A stretch of DNA of 64,000 bases from an uncultured cyanobacterium (GCA_963803805.1 CAWDOD010000011.1:544001-608000), one strand, 5' to 3'; counted from the first letter of the stretch, positions 50,561 to 62,077 are shown. Made by a program: numbers and translations. The notes: a model not told the origin generated them from the sequence alone.

Positions 50561-52963
50561 TCATTGTTCCCCTTGAACAGTAAAAGCTGCCCAGTGATAG
50601 GGATCTTGCCATTCACCTTCACTTTGCCACATCTCTAATTGTGCCTCTCTCAAAGCCGCAGCAGGCTTGAGTTGTCCTTGGTACATTTTCTCATAAAACT
50701 TGCTCATCAATTCAGAAGTCGAACGATCATTAACCGCCCAAAAACTGACTACCACACGCTTTGCCCCTGCATACATAAATCCCCTAGTTAAGCTAACCAA
50801 TCCTTCTCCGGCCAACTCTTTGCCTAAACCAGTTTCGCAAGCGCTTAATACAACCAACTCCGCAGGCAAAACTAAATTATAAATGTTGTTGAGGCGCAGT
50901 ATATTATCTTGAGCTTTTCCTTGGGAATTATATGCCGACATTGCCAAACCAGAAAACTGGGGTTTGTCGCTGTTGAGGCAACCGTGGGTAGAAAAGTGAA
51001 CAGTTTGATATTGGGAAAGTTGAGGATTAAGGGCAGTGGCGAGGGAAGCATCGTAACCCAAAGCAGCAAAGCTTTCATTTTCCGGTACAAGGGCGAGGAT
51101 GTTTTCGGCTTCGGTGCGAGTATATTGTAGATTTGGTAGGGAGATACAAGCTTCTTGGGCTGCCCGACTGAGGTCATCTTGATTGATTTGTCCTGTTTGT
51201 AACCCTTCCCTTTCATAAACCGGATCGGCAAGGACAGCCAGCTTTTGGGGGGCGAGGGGACGACCTTTAACTTGTTGGCGCAATGCCTCTAAACTGGAGG
51301 CAGAGGGGAGGGTGATGAGTTCGTGGTTGACAATTAGGGGCTTTTGAGTTGGGGAGTTGGGGAGAGGTAGGGCAGCGAAGGGAATGCTTTGTAAGGTTCC
51401 GTCGCCGACAATTAAAAGGCGTTTGTTGCCTAATTCCTGTGCAGCAGGGGCAAGAAGTATTTTGCTGAGTTGTTGTCCTAATTCTGGCTTGTTTTCGGTT
51501 TCGCTAGCGATGTCGTTGCGGAATTGTTGAGCAAGTTGTTCAATTTCAGCCTGGGGAGGGAGTTCGTAACTGCTAACTTGGTCTTTGCTGATTACCCAAA
51601 GATAACTGCGTTTTTCGCTGAGGTAATATTCCAGGAGGAGAGTGTCATCATCAAGAAGTTGTTGAATTTCTTGGCTTTGCAGGGTGAATTTAGTCGGTTG
51701 ATTAATGGCAGCGTAGGCAGGACTTTGTAAGCGAATGGAGGCTTCGACTTGATCTAGTTTAGTAAGGAGATTGTTAATTTGGTTGTTAAGATTTTCTGCA
51801 TCTTTATTGCTATAGGAACCCCGTAGGAGTTGCCCTTGATTTTGTAGGGCAGCAGTAAGTTGTTGATTGAGTTGTTTTTCTTCTGCCAAAAGTTCTGCAT
51901 CTACCCCTTCTTTAATATCTACACTGGCTTCCTGAAGTTCAGTAAGGAGTTGACGGGCGCGGACTCTTTCGCTGTAATGGAGTGCCTGGGCGTTGTATTG
52001 TTGTGCAGGGTTTTGTTGGTGCAACTCCATCAGTAAGTTGATGTGGAAGTCGTAGTATTTCTCGACGGTTTCGTAAAAGGAGGTTTGCAGTTGGGGGTTA
52101 AGGATTTGGTTGCGGAGGAATTCTATTTTTTCAATGGCTTGCTGCATAGTTTCGGAGGCAGCAATGAGGTTTCCTTGCTTATATTGAAGCAGGGCAATAT
52201 TATTGAGGATAGTTGCTTCTCCTCTGCGATCGCCTACTGCACGATATAAAGGTAAAGCTTGGTCATAGTAATCGAGTGCTTTTTCCTTTTCTCCTAAATC
52301 ATCGTAGACAGCACCAATATTGTTGAGAGTAGTTGCTTCCCCACCGCGATCATCCACTGCACGACGTAAAGGTAAAGCCTGGTTATAGTAATTGAGTGCT
52401 TCTTGCTTTTCTCCCAACGAACTGTAAACAAAACCAATATTGTTAAGAGTATTTGCTTCCCCTCTGCGGTCGCCTACTGCGCGAAATAGAGGTAAAGCTT
52501 GGTTATAGTAATTGAGTGCTTCTTCCTTTTCTTCTAAATCATCGTAGATAGCACCAAGATTGTTGAGAGTATTTGCTTCTCTTCCGCGATTACCTACCGC
52601 ACGATACAAAGGTAAAGCTTGGTTAAAGTATCCAAGGGCTTGCTGTTGTTCTCCTAAATCATCGTAGACACGGCCTATTGCTAGAAATAACAAGGCTTGT
52701 TGAGGCTGATCTCCTACCTGCTGCCAAAGCTTAAGTGCCTCCTCCCATTTAACAATCGCCTCCCTCAAAGACTCTGCTGTCCCCTCCTTGTAAAGCTGCA
52801 ACCCTTCCTGATAAGCTTCCTCAGCCGCAGCGTGAATATCTTCAGCATTTGCATCACTTTCTTGGGCAATCTCTGTTAAAGATGGGTTTGCCACAACAGC
52901 AGTAATGGGAGCAAGAAAAGAAATCAAGAAAGCAAGAGAAATAACAGAGAGATTTTTATTCAT
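50561..52963 (-). CDS. TPR-CHAT domain protein with signal peptide (paralogue of 13320-16427)
   Basis: Fewer TPR repeats; very similar CHAT domain with HFSTHG and LSACETG. Confidence 0.92.
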   Translation of the reverse strand: MNKNLSVISLAFLISFLAPITAVVANPSLTEIAQESDANAEDIHAAAEEAYQEGLQLYKEGTAESLREAIVKWEEALKLWQQVGDQPQQALLFLAIGRVYDDLGEQQQALGYFNQALPLYRAVGNRGREANTLNNLGAIYDDLEEKEEALNYYNQALPLFRAVGDRRGEANTLNNIGFVYSSLGEKQEALNYYNQALPLRRAVDDRGGEATTLNNIGAVYDDLGEKEKALDYYDQALPLYRAVGDRRGEATILNNIALLQYKQGNLIAASETMQQAIEKIEFLRNQILNPQLQTSFYETVEKYYDFHINLLMELHQQNPAQQYNAQALHYSERVRARQLLTELQEASVDIKEGVDAELLAEEKQLNQQLTAALQNQGQLLRGSYSNKDAENLNNQINNLLTKLDQVEASIRLQSPAYAAINQPTKFTLQSQEIQQLLDDDTLLLEYYLSEKRSYLWVISKDQVSSYELPPQAEIEQLAQQFRNDIASETENKPELGQQLSKILLAPAAQELGNKRLLIVGDGTLQSIPFAALPLPNSPTQKPLIVNHELITLPSASSLEALRQQVKGRPLAPQKLAVLADPVYEREGLQTGQINQDDLSRAAQEACISLPNLQYTRTEAENILALVPENESFAALGYDASLATALNPQLSQYQTVHFSTHGCLNSDKPQFSGLAMSAYNSQGKAQDNILRLNNIYNLVLPAELVVLSACETGLGKELAGEGLVSLTRGFMYAGAKRVVVSFWAVNDRSTSELMSKFYEKMYQGQLKPAAALREAQLEMWQSEGEWQDPYHWAAFTVQGEQ

Positions 52964-53005
52964 AGGTAATAAGAAGCAGTAGATTAATTCACTGGCAGAT
53001 CATTC

Positions 53006-53060
53006 AATTTACTTGCCAACTAACATAAAGAATAGTTCGTTTCAAAAACCTTAACTTATA
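53006..53060 (-). promoter_or_regulatory. Conserved upstream module, copy 3
   Basis: Aligns with 13177-13238 and 16471-16531. Confidence 0.65.
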
Positions 53061-53241
53061 CCAAATAAGGGAGTGGTAGTAAAATGCCGAAGAAAGTCAA
53101 GTTGGTCAATCATATCAGATCCGGTTCATACCATAGGTTATTGGTAAGGGTAGGGAGCAGGAAGCAGGGAGTAGGCAGCAAGGTTCCGTTATAGAAATTC
53201 TTCAGACCCAACAGATAAGAAAAATTAGGAGTCTGCTAAAC

Positions 53242-53274
53242 AAAAATCCCCCGCTTGGTAGCGAGGGATTTTTT
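53242..53274 (-). terminator. Rho-independent terminator after psaB
   Basis: AAAAATCCCCCGCT-TGGT-AGCGAGGGATTTTT stem-loop with A/T tails. Confidence 0.85.
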
Positions 53275-53301
53275 AATTACTAAGGCTAGGTTTAATAACC
53301 G

Positions 53302-55527
53302 TTAACCAAACTTACCTGCTGTTGAAGCAATTAAGAAGGCTGCGTAAGTCAGGACATAACCCACAGTGAAGTGGATTAAACCAATTAAGCGACCTTGAAC
53401 AATAGACATAGCCACAGGCTTGTCCTTCCAGCGAACTAAGTTAGCTAGAGGAGTACGCTCGTGGGCCCAGACTAAAGTCTCGATTAACTCTTGCCAATAA
53501 CCACGCCAAGAGATGAGGAACATGAAACCTGTTGCCCAAACTAGGTGTCCAAAGAGGAACATCCAAGCCCAAACAGACAAGTTGTTCATGCCATAGGGGT
53601 TGTAACCGTTGATTAACTGGGCAGAATTGAGCCAGAGATAATCTCGGAACCAACCCATCAAATAGGTGGAAGACTCATTAAATTGAGCCACATTACCTTG
53701 CCACACCCCTAAGTGTTTCCAGTGCCAGTAGAAGGTTAACCAGCCCAAGGTGTTTAACATCCAGAACATGGCTAAGTAAAACGAATCCCAAGCTGAGATA
53801 TCGCAAGTACCACCACGACCAGGACCGTCACAAGGGAAGGCAAAACCGAAGTCTTTCTTGTCTGGCATTAATTTAGAACCACGAGCATCTAAAGCTCCTT
53901 TAACCAAGATTAAAGTTGTGGTGTGTAGACCAAGGGCGATGGCATGGTGAACTAAGAAGTCCCCAGGGCCAATGGTCAAGAATAAAGAGTTAGTACCGCT
54001 ATTAATTGCATCTAACCAACCAGGCAACCATACGTTACCGTAGTTAGGCCAAGCCGTAGTCGCAATACTATCAGGACTAGAAAGCAATACGTCCATGCCG
54101 TAGAGCATCTTACCGTGGGATGCTTGGATGAACTGAGCAAATACAGGCTCAATGAGAATTTGCTTTTCAGGAGTACCGAAGGCAACTACAACATCGTTGT
54201 GTACATACAAACCTAAGGTATGGAAACCTAAGAACAAAGACACCCAAGAAAGGTGAGAAATGATTGCTTCCTTGTGTTGCAATACGCGGTCAAGCACATT
54301 ACCTTTGTTTTGCTCCGGATCATAATCCCGTACTAGGAAAATTGCTCCGTGGGCAAAGGCCCCCACCATAATGAAACCAGCGATGTACTGGTGATGGGTG
54401 TAAAGAGCTGCTTGAGTGGTATAGTCCCTAGCGATAAAGGCATAGGGAGGTAGGGCATACATATGTTGTGCCACCAAGGAAGTAATAACCCCTAAAGCTG
54501 CCAGGGCAAAAGCCAACTGGAAGTGCAAAGAGTTATTCATGGTGTCGTATAACCCTTGATGGGGCAGGTTAAACTGACCTTCTGTTTCTTTGCCAAAGAA
54601 CTTTTTGGCATTGACCATCTCTTTGATGCTGTGGCCTAAGCCCCAGTTTGTGCGGTACATATGACCAGCCACAATGAAGATAACAGCGATCGCCAAATGG
54701 TGATGGGCAATATCTGTTAACCAAAGAGATTCGGTTTGTGGGTGAAAACCACCCAAGAAGGTTAAAATTGCTGTTCCTGCACCCTGGGAAGTTCCAAATA
54801 CGTGGCTAGCTGTATCGGGATTTTGGGCATAAGCTCCCCAGTTACCTGTGAAGAAGGGCCCTAATCCTGCGGGGTGGGGTTTGACGGAGAGGAAGTTATC
54901 CCAACCGACATGAACACCACGAGATTCAGGAATAGCGACGTGAACTAAGTGTCCTGTCCAAGCTAAGGAGCTAACACCAAACAAACCAGCTAGGTGGTGA
55001 TTGAGACGGTGTTCTGCACTCTTGAACCAGGTCAAACTAGGACGGAACTTGGGCTGCAAGTGTAGCCAGCCAGCAAACAGCATTACTGCTGATAGCAATA
55101 ACAAAAATACTGACCCCATGAACAGGTCATTATTGTTGGTCATACCAATGGTATAGAACCAGTGATAAACCCCTGAGTAGGAGATATCAACTGGGTAAGA
55201 AGCTCCACCTTGGGTGAAAGCATCTACCGCTGGTGCGCCAAATTGAGGGTCCCAAATCGCATGGGCGATGGGACGGACGTTGAGAGGATCTTTGATCCAC
55301 TGCTCGAAATTACCTTGCCAGGCTACGTGGAACAGGGTGCCGGAAGTCCACAAAAAGATGATGGCGATGTGACCAAAATGAGAGGCAAAAATCTTTTGGT
55401 AAAGATTTTCCTCGGTCATACCATCATGACTTTCAAAGTCGTGGGCTGTGGCAATTCCGTACCAAATCCGACGAGTAGTCGGATCTTGAGCTAAATCCTG
55501 GCTAAATTTGGGAAATTTAGTTGCCAT
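53302..55527 (-). CDS. psaB: Photosystem I P700 apoprotein A2
   Basis: [32 protein letters not shown]. Confidence 0.99.
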   Translation of the reverse strand: MATKFPKFSQDLAQDPTTRRIWYGIATAHDFESHDGMTEENLYQKIFASHFGHIAIIFLWTSGTLFHVAWQGNFEQWIKDPLNVRPIAHAIWDPQFGAPAVDAFTQGGASYPVDISYSGVYHWFYTIGMTNNNDLFMGSVFLLLLSAVMLFAGWLHLQPKFRPSLTWFKSAEHRLNHHLAGLFGVSSLAWTGHLVHVAIPESRGVHVGWDNFLSVKPHPAGLGPFFTGNWGAYAQNPDTASHVFGTSQGAGTAILTFLGGFHPQTESLWLTDIAHHHLAIAVIFIVAGHMYRTNWGLGHSIKEMVNAKKFFGKETEGQFNLPHQGLYDTMNNSLHFQLAFALAALGVITSLVAQHMYALPPYAFIARDYTTQAALYTHHQYIAGFIMVGAFAHGAIFLVRDYDPEQNKGNVLDRVLQHKEAIISHLSWVSLFLGFHTLGLYVHNDVVVAFGTPEKQILIEPVFAQFIQASHGKMLYGMDVLLSSPDSIATTAWPNYGNVWLPGWLDAINSGTNSLFLTIGPGDFLVHHAIALGLHTTTLILVKGALDARGSKLMPDKKDFGFAFPCDGPGRGGTCDISAWDSFYLAMFWMLNTLGWLTFYWHWKHLGVWQGNVAQFNESSTYLMGWFRDYLWLNSAQLINGYNPYGMNNLSVWAWMFLFGHLVWATGFMFLISWRGYWQELIETLVWAHERTPLANLVRWKDKPVAMSIVQGRLIGLIHFTVGYVLTYAAFLIASTAGKFG

Positions 55528-55604
55528 AAGTCTTTTAGGGAATTCTCCTCGCTTAAAAATGAGGTTAGTAGCTTTTATGGCTGCTCATTTTTTGCTTTAG
55601 ATTA

Positions 55605-55633
55605 CCTCCTGGAACTGTTGAAGTTCCAGGGGG
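55605..55633. other. Stem-loop in psaA-psaB spacer
   Basis: CCTCCTGGAACT-GTTGA-AGTTCCAGGGGG. Confidence 0.6.
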
Positions 55634-55707
55634 CAAAAATGTTTAAAAAATCGGCTTTTAACTTAAGTTTATTTCAACTTTAGCTCGACCGTTTTCAAAG
55701 GAAACAT

Positions 55708-57960
55708 TTATCCTACTGCGAGCATTCGCGCTAGGAAAAATGCCCAGGTTGTTACGATTCCTCCTAAGAGGTAATGAGCTACTCCGACAGCACGGCCTTG
55801 AATAATACTTAAGGCACGGGGCTGAATAGCAGGAGCGACTCTTAGTTTGTTATGAGCCCAAACAATAGACTCAATTAGCTCTTGCCAGTAGCCACGACCA
55901 CTGAAGAGGAACATAAGGCTAAAGGCGAATATAAAGTGACCTGCTAAGAACATGATGCCATAAGCAGATAGAGCTGAACCGTAAGAGGTGATTACTTGAG
56001 AAGCTTGCGCCCATAGGAAGTCGCGTAACCAACCATTGATGGTGATTGCACTTTGGGCAAAGTTACCGTTAGTAATGTGGGATACCGTACCGCCGTCAAC
56101 TGTTCCCCAGACATCTGATTGCATTTTCCAACTAAAGTGGAAAATTACGATCGATAGGGAGTTGTACATCCAGAATAGACCAAGGAATACATGGTCCCAA
56201 CCAGATACTTGGCAAGTACCACCACGACCCGGACCATCACAAGGGAAGCGGAAACCGAGGTTGCTCTTATCAGGAATTAAACGAGAATTACGGGAATACA
56301 GCAAGCCCTTTAAAAGAATCAGTACGGTGACGTGAATTGTAAAGGCATGGATATGATGAACCATGAAGTCTGCTGTACCCAGAGTGATAGGCATCATTGC
56401 TACTTTACCGCCGACAGCAACGATGTCTCCTCCAAATGCGTAACTAGCTGGTTCCAAAGCACCAGGGGCAGTTCCACCAGGAGCTAAGGTATGGATATGT
56501 TGTATCCACTGAGCGAAGACGGGTTGTAATTGGATTCCTGTATCCGAGAACATATCTTGGGGGCGACCAAAAGCACGCATGGTGTCGTTGTGGACATAAA
56601 GTCCAAAACTGTGGAAGCCCAGGAATATACATACCCAGTTTAAGTGGGAAATAATTGCATCGCGGTGACGAATTACCCGGTCTAGCAAATTATTGACGTT
56701 CTTGGCTGGATCGTAATCGCGCACCATGAAGATGGCTCCATGAGCGCCAGCACCAACAATTAAGAAGCCACCAATCCACATATGGTGGGTAAACAACGAT
56801 ATTTGAGTACCGTAGTCAGTTGCCATATAAGGATAGGGAGGCATCGCGTACATATGCTGTGCCACGATGATGGTTAAAGAACCTAGCATTGCTAAGTTAA
56901 TAGCTAGCTGGGCGTGCCAAGAAGTGGTCAGAATTTCATAAAGACCTTTGTGTCCTTCACCAGTTAGAGGGCCTCTATGGCTCTCTAAGATTTCTTTCAT
57001 GCTATGGCCAATGCCCCAGTTAGTCCGGTACATATGACCCGCAATGATGAACAATACAGCGATCGCTACGTGATGGTGTGCTGTATCGGACAACCACAAG
57101 CCTCCAGTTACTGGATTTAAGCCCCCCTTGAAGGTTAAAAAGTCGGCGTAAGTTCCCCAGTTTAAGGTGAAGAAGGGTTTTAGTCCTTCTGCAAAACTAG
57201 GATACAACTCGACCATTAAGTCTTTGTTGAGGATAAATTCATGAGGCAAGGGAATATCTGCTGGCGCAACCCCTGCATCTAGAAGTTTATTGATGGGCAG
57301 AGAAACATGAATTTGGTGTCCTGCCCAACCAAGGGAACCTAGACCTAATAACCCGGCTAGGTGGTGGTTCATCATCGACTCCACGTTCTGGAACCATTCC
57401 AGTTTAGGAGCCTTTTTATGATAGTGGAACCATCCGGCGAAGAGCATCAAACCAGCCATTACTAGTCCACCGATGGCGGTGCAGTAAAGTTGGAATTCAT
57501 TGGTGATGCCAGAAGCTCGCCAGAGGTAAAATAACCCAGAAGTTATCTGGATACCGCTGAAGCCGCCACCCACATCAGCGTTCAGGATGCCTTGGCCGAC
57601 GATGGGCCAGACTACTTGAGCGCTTGGTTTAATTACGGTGGGGTCTGTTAACCAAGCTTCATAGTTGGAAAAGCGAGCGCCATGGAAATACATCCCACTT
57701 AGCCAGACAAAAATCACGGCTAAGTGACCGAAGTGGGCGCTGAAGATTTTCCGAGAAATATCTTCTAAATCACTTGTTTGTGTATCAAAATCGTGGACGT
57801 TAGCGTGAAGGTTCCAAATCCATGTAGTGGTTTGGGGACCTTTAGCCAAGGTACGGTCGAAGTGTCCTGGTTTACCCCACTTCTCAAAAGAAGTAGGAAC
57901 TGGATCTTTGTCAACCGTGACCCTGACTTTCGCCTCTTTTTCTGGAGGACTGATTGTCAT
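55708..57960 (-). CDS. psaA: Photosystem I P700 apoprotein A1
   Basis: [21 protein letters not shown]. Confidence 0.99.
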   Translation of the reverse strand: MTISPPEKEAKVRVTVDKDPVPTSFEKWGKPGHFDRTLAKGPQTTTWIWNLHANVHDFDTQTSDLEDISRKIFSAHFGHLAVIFVWLSGMYFHGARFSNYEAWLTDPTVIKPSAQVVWPIVGQGILNADVGGGFSGIQITSGLFYLWRASGITNEFQLYCTAIGGLVMAGLMLFAGWFHYHKKAPKLEWFQNVESMMNHHLAGLLGLGSLGWAGHQIHVSLPINKLLDAGVAPADIPLPHEFILNKDLMVELYPSFAEGLKPFFTLNWGTYADFLTFKGGLNPVTGGLWLSDTAHHHVAIAVLFIIAGHMYRTNWGIGHSMKEILESHRGPLTGEGHKGLYEILTTSWHAQLAINLAMLGSLTIIVAQHMYAMPPYPYMATDYGTQISLFTHHMWIGGFLIVGAGAHGAIFMVRDYDPAKNVNNLLDRVIRHRDAIISHLNWVCIFLGFHSFGLYVHNDTMRAFGRPQDMFSDTGIQLQPVFAQWIQHIHTLAPGGTAPGALEPASYAFGGDIVAVGGKVAMMPITLGTADFMVHHIHAFTIHVTVLILLKGLLYSRNSRLIPDKSNLGFRFPCDGPGRGGTCQVSGWDHVFLGLFWMYNSLSIVIFHFSWKMQSDVWGTVDGGTVSHITNGNFAQSAITINGWLRDFLWAQASQVITSYGSALSAYGIMFLAGHFIFAFSLMFLFSGRGYWQELIESIVWAHNKLRVAPAIQPRALSIIQGRAVGVAHYLLGGIVTTWAFFLARMLAVG

Positions 57961-58144
57961 GAGGGCTCTCCTCTCTAGACAAGGGAATAGGTTTTCCCGA
58001 TAGGGCGTTTTGTATGTTGTGCCAGAAAAGATTAGTTTAAAAAACTGCTTTTCTAGCGTTGATAGGATATCCGCTTAAAAATGAATAAAGGGAACACCTT
58101 ACCTTGTAGATGATAAAACCTACTTACCCTTGTTTTCGTAAGGA

Positions 58145-58162
58145 TTAACAATATTTAAAATT
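58145..58162. promoter_or_regulatory. Candidate HLR1 (RpaB) site upstream of psaA
   Basis: TTAACAAT-AT-TTAAAATT resembles the HLR1 direct repeat found at PSI promoters. Confidence 0.4.
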
Positions 58163-58379
58163 AGCTCAATCTTTTATTTAATCGCGATTATAGCCTCCAT
58201 TGCTCTAGCGAGAAGTCAAGGGGTAAGGCCTTTATCGTTACAAAACACAACATTTTCTCAAAACCACCCTGAAGTTAATAGAGTCATTTTGCTTAACCAA
58301 AATGTTTTGTCTCAAGATGAGGGAAGATTGACTAAAGATATAGAGTTTCTCTCAAATGTAGACTATAGCTAAGGAGGGT

Positions 58380-59801
58380 ATGGGCGTGTTGGGTTTTAAT
58401 CGCCAATTAAAAAAGCAAAGGGAGCAGAAGTTGAGAGTTTTTTTACTCAATTTGCATCAAGTAATCCGATTTGGTACGAAAGCAGTTTTTTCTTCTTTGA
58501 TGGTGTTGATGTTGAGTTTCGGTTTAAGCAGTTGTAATGACTCTCTGGGAAATAAGTTAGCTTCAGGTACAGAAACTGCCACTGGTTCCCAAACTTCTCA
58601 AACCCGCTTAACAAGACAATTAACCGAGGTTGCACCGCCTCCGGTTATTCAACAGTTACGTCAAAGTTTGGAACAATATAAACCTCAAGTTACGATTGTT
58701 AGCCCTAAAACTGATGAGGTGCTTGAAGATACAAAGGTTAGTGTTGAACTCCAAGTTCAAGATTTACCAACTTTCAAAAATTCTGATTTAGATATGGGGC
58801 CACATCTCCACCTGATCCTTGACAACAAACCCTATCAAGCTATTTATAATCCAGAAGAACCGGTAATACTAGAAAATCTAGAACCAGGAACCCATACTTT
58901 AAGGGTATTTGCCTCCCGCCCCTGGCATGAAAGCTTTAAAAATGAGGGAGCTTATGCCCAGGCAACTTTTCATATCTTTACAAAGACTACCCGCAATCAT
59001 CCTGACTCTACTTTACCCCTGTTGACTTACAGCCGTCCTAAAGGGCAGTATGGGGCAGAGCCAATTATGCTCGATTTTTATCTTACTAATGCTCCTTTAC
59101 ATTTAGTTGCTCAAGAGAGTATTGAAGATAATATTGTAGATTGGCGAGTTCGAGTGACCATCAATGGGCAAAGTTTCTTTGTTGATAGTTGGTTGCCAAT
59201 TTATTTACAAGGATTCAAGAAAGGCAACAATTGGGTAGAGTTAGAATTTCTCGACGAGCAAGGTAATCTTATTGATAATGAATTCAATACGACAGTTCGT
59301 TTGATTAATTACCAACCCAAGGGACAAGATACTCTTTCTAAGTTGGTGAGGGGAGAGATTTCCTTTACAGAAGCTCGCGGTATTGTTGAAAAAGAAGTTC
59401 CTGTTACTGAAGCTGAACCTTTAGTTGAAGAAGAAGTAACAGAGGAAATTAAAGAAACCCCAGCAGAAATTGAGGCTCCTGTTGAAGAAGAAATAATAGA
59501 AGAGATTCCTGTTGAGGAGGAAACCACGACTCAAGAAGTTGAAGAAGTTCCTATACAACAAGAAGCCACAACTCAGAAACTTGAAGAAGTTCCTGCACAA
59601 CAAGAAACTACAACTCAGAAACTTGAAGAAGTTCCTGCACAACAAGAAACCACAACTCAGAAAGTTGAAGAGGAAGTTAGTCTAGAAGAGTCAGAAGAAG
59701 CAGTTGAGGAAGTTGAAGAAGTTGTTCCAGACTATTTTGAAGAACTTGATTTAGAACCGGAAAAGATTGAGCTAGAACAAAGTTTGGCTGAACCTTCTTG
59801 A
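58380..59801 (+). CDS. Conserved cyanobacterial lipoprotein-like protein with acidic repeat tail
   Basis: LSSC lipobox, GPHLHLILDN, RPWHESFKN; 42-bp repeats encoding EEVPAQQETTTQKL at ~59500-59670. Confidence 0.8.
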   Translation: MGVLGFNRQLKKQREQKLRVFLLNLHQVIRFGTKAVFSSLMVLMLSFGLSSCNDSLGNKLASGTETATGSQTSQTRLTRQLTEVAPPPVIQQLRQSLEQYKPQVTIVSPKTDEVLEDTKVSVELQVQDLPTFKNSDLDMGPHLHLILDNKPYQAIYNPEEPVILENLEPGTHTLRVFASRPWHESFKNEGAYAQATFHIFTKTTRNHPDSTLPLLTYSRPKGQYGAEPIMLDFYLTNAPLHLVAQESIEDNIVDWRVRVTINGQSFFVDSWLPIYLQGFKKGNNWVELEFLDEQGNLIDNEFNTTVRLINYQPKGQDTLSKLVRGEISFTEARGIVEKEVPVTEAEPLVEEEVTEEIKETPAEIEAPVEEEIIEEIPVEEETTTQEVEEVPIQQEATTQKLEEVPAQQETTTQKLEEVPAQQETTTQKVEEEVSLEESEEAVEEVEEVVPDYFEELDLEPEKIELEQSLAEPS

Positions 59802-59828
59802 GTTAAACTAATTCTTCCTTTATTTGAG

Positions 59829-59859
59829 AGCGGCGGATTTAATTATTTGCCGCTTTTTT
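59829..59859. terminator. Terminator-like hairpin between convergent genes
   Basis: AGCGGC...GCCGCT followed by T run. Confidence 0.7.
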
Positions 59860-59864
59860 GTTCT

Positions 59865-59975
59865 TTAACCTAAGAAGCCTGCCAGAATTAAAGGTAAACC
59901 AATTATTAAAGAAACAATTACAAACATTGTTACAGGATCAATTTTGATGATATAAGGGTCTTTTTTATTTGTCAT
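59865..59975 (-). CDS. 36-aa single-TM microprotein (not in ORF track)
   Basis: MTNKKDPYIIKIDPVTMFVIVSLIIGLPLILAGFLG; ends at the terminator hairpin. Confidence 0.65.
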   Translation of the reverse strand: MTNKKDPYIIKIDPVTMFVIVSLIIGLPLILAGFLG

Positions 59976-60057
59976 TTTCGTAGTTTTATTTTAGATAAAG
60001 TACCAAGTTTTGACTATTAAGAAAGAGAAGGTAGGCAATAGTGTTAGTTATTTTTCT

Positions 60058-60933
60058 TCAAGTTCCTAAATAACGCTGCAAGAAACTCTCTAAAGATTCC
60101 ATTTCCACACCATAAATTAATTGCAAACGACTAATTTCTTCAGGAGTACAGTAAAACTCATTAGCTAAAAGAGTTCGGAAAGTTCCTAATGATTTTTGTA
60201 ACTTAGGATTAATTAAGCCTAAACTGCTTCGCAACCCATCTACTAACATTAAAGGGATATTAATTATTAGTGGTTCTTGCTGAAAAACACGGGCGAAGAT
60301 GCGAGGAATATCTTCTCGTTTGAGAACATCAGGTCCCCCAACGGTAAAAGTTTGATTTTTTGCCCCTTCTAAAGTAACAGATTTAATCGCAATTTCCGCT
60401 AAGTCATCAGTACTAACAATAGAAGAACGGTTTTGGGTATTACCTATTAATAAATAAATGCCTGTGTCCCGAAATTGTTCTGCTAAACGAAGTATGTTAG
60501 AAGCAAGTCCAGAAGGGCGGAGGATAGTATAGTTTAAACCGCTAGTTCTGAGGTGTTTTTCTACTTCACGTTTGGCTTTAAAAGTTGGTGCATCTTCATA
60601 GTTTCTATCTGCACCTAAAACAGAAATTAAAACAAAATGTTCGATATTGCTTTCTTTGGCACGATCAATTAATTCAATATTGGCGCGGTAATCTAAGGCA
60701 AAGGCATCACCGTCTGAACCATGGGCGCTAATTACATATTTTATTCCCTCCATAGCTTTTTTGATATCTTTGTCGTAGCGCAAGTCTCCTATAAAAGTTT
60801 CTGCACCGCGATTTTCTAATTCTTGATAGCGAGAACTTAAGCGAACAAAAGCCCGCACTAGTTGTCCCTGTTCCCTCAACAACCTGACAACTCTCCTACC
60901 AATATCTCCCGTTGCTCCTGTTACTAAATACAT
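60058..60933 (-). CDS. NAD(P)-binding atypical SDR/NmrA-like protein
   Basis: LVTGATGDIG, YTILRP. Confidence 0.9.
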   Translation of the reverse strand: MYLVTGATGDIGRRVVRLLREQGQLVRAFVRLSSRYQELENRGAETFIGDLRYDKDIKKAMEGIKYVISAHGSDGDAFALDYRANIELIDRAKESNIEHFVLISVLGADRNYEDAPTFKAKREVEKHLRTSGLNYTILRPSGLASNILRLAEQFRDTGIYLLIGNTQNRSSIVSTDDLAEIAIKSVTLEGAKNQTFTVGGPDVLKREDIPRIFARVFQQEPLIINIPLMLVDGLRSSLGLINPKLQKSLGTFRTLLANEFYCTPEEISRLQLIYGVEMESLESFLQRYLGT

Positions 60934-61032
60934 GATTTCTACTCCTAAATAATTTGTATATATTCAGATCCTAGCTTGAAATTTAGTTGTCTGGCATTTG
61001 TCGTGAGTAAGAAAAAGTTAACTAATAAAGTA

Positions 61033-61120
61033 TTGTATTTTTTCCCTTGAGGTGATATTATGTATATGGTGGAAAAGGTGCGCTCCTGAAAAACCTTTTC
61101 TATAACTATTCTTACTCTTC
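61033..61120 (+). ncRNA. Candidate sRNA: consensus promoter followed by hairpin
   Basis: TTGTAT-17-TATTAT with extended TG; stem GAAAAGGT/ACCTTTTC; no plus-strand ORF in the track. Confidence 0.4.
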
Positions 61121-61270
61121 AATGATTCTTAGCCAAGAAAATCACGGCAATATTTTGGCAAAGTTTTTAATAAGCTAATTTGCATTTAAACTACATTAAG
61201 CTGTCAGGTATTTATATTACTTGCTAGAGCAAGGGAACTAGCAACAGGAACGAGCTACCGCACTTATTAC

Positions 61271-62077
61271 TTATTGCTTCCCCCTGTCAATCTCAACAAT
61301 AACTGGAGTATGATCACTCGGTTTGGTTAGCTTTCTTGGTTCTATATCAATAGTACAACTAATAGCTTGCTTATATAGCTTAGGAGTAAGATAAAGGTGA
61401 TCAATACGCCAACCTCTATTACCTGAAAAAGCACGGGTGCGATAGTCCCACCAACTATAATGTCCTGTTTCTGAAGTGAATTTACGGAAAGAATCTTTTA
61501 AGTTTATTAAGGTTAAAACTTCCTGCAAAGCTTCTCTTTCAGCAGGAGAAGACATGATATGTTTATCTTTGTTTTTAGGATTATGAATATCTTTATCTTC
61601 TAAGGCAACATTAAAATCTCCACAAACGCATAATTCTTCATTATTTTGCTCTTTGAGAGCTTGCAAATAGAGTTGTAAGGTTTTCAACCAACGCAGTTTA
61701 TAATCATATTTATCACTGGCGATCGCAGAACCATTGGGAACGTAGAGATTGATAATCCTGATATTGTCAATTGTCCCAGTAATTACTCGCTTTTGTTCAT
61801 CAAATTCTCCTGCTGCTTTTTCACCAATAATAGGTGCGAATCCAGCAATCACATTTATTAAAGGGGCTTTACTAAAAATAGCTACTCCGTTATAGGCTTT
61901 TTGTCCTGAAATATAAAGTCGGTAACCTAAGTCCAAAAAGCTTTCTTGAGGAAAATCTTGATCTACTACCTTGGTTTCTTGCAAACAGAGAACATCTATA
62001 GAATTATCTTTTAACCAATTAGTTACTAATTCTTTACGGCTGCGAATTGAATTAACGTTCCAAGTTGCTATTTTCAT
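61271..62077 (-). CDS. xth: Exodeoxyribonuclease III
   Basis: WNVNSIR, LQETK, GDFN, WWDYR, RIDH, SDH. Confidence 0.95.
   Translation of the reverse strand: MKIATWNVNSIRSRKELVTNWLKDNSIDVLCLQETKVVDQDFPQESFLDLGYRLYISGQKAYNGVAIFSKAPLINVIAGFAPIIGEKAAGEFDEQKRVITGTIDNIRIINLYVPNGSAIASDKYDYKLRWLKTLQLYLQALKEQNNEELCVCGDFNVALEDKDIHNPKNKDKHIMSSPAEREALQEVLTLINLKDSFRKFTSETGHYSWWDYRTRAFSGNRGWRIDHLYLTPKLYKQAISCTIDIEPRKLTKPSDHTPVIVEIDRGKQ

Noticed and set aside
53302-57960. Possible far-red (FaRLiP) psaAB paralogues
   Set aside because: Sequences look like standard PsaA/PsaB and no rfpABC or chlF cluster is adjacent
1997-59645. Many 60-120 aa ORFs antisense to or nested in long genes
   Set aside because: Shadow ORFs with no recognisable motifs
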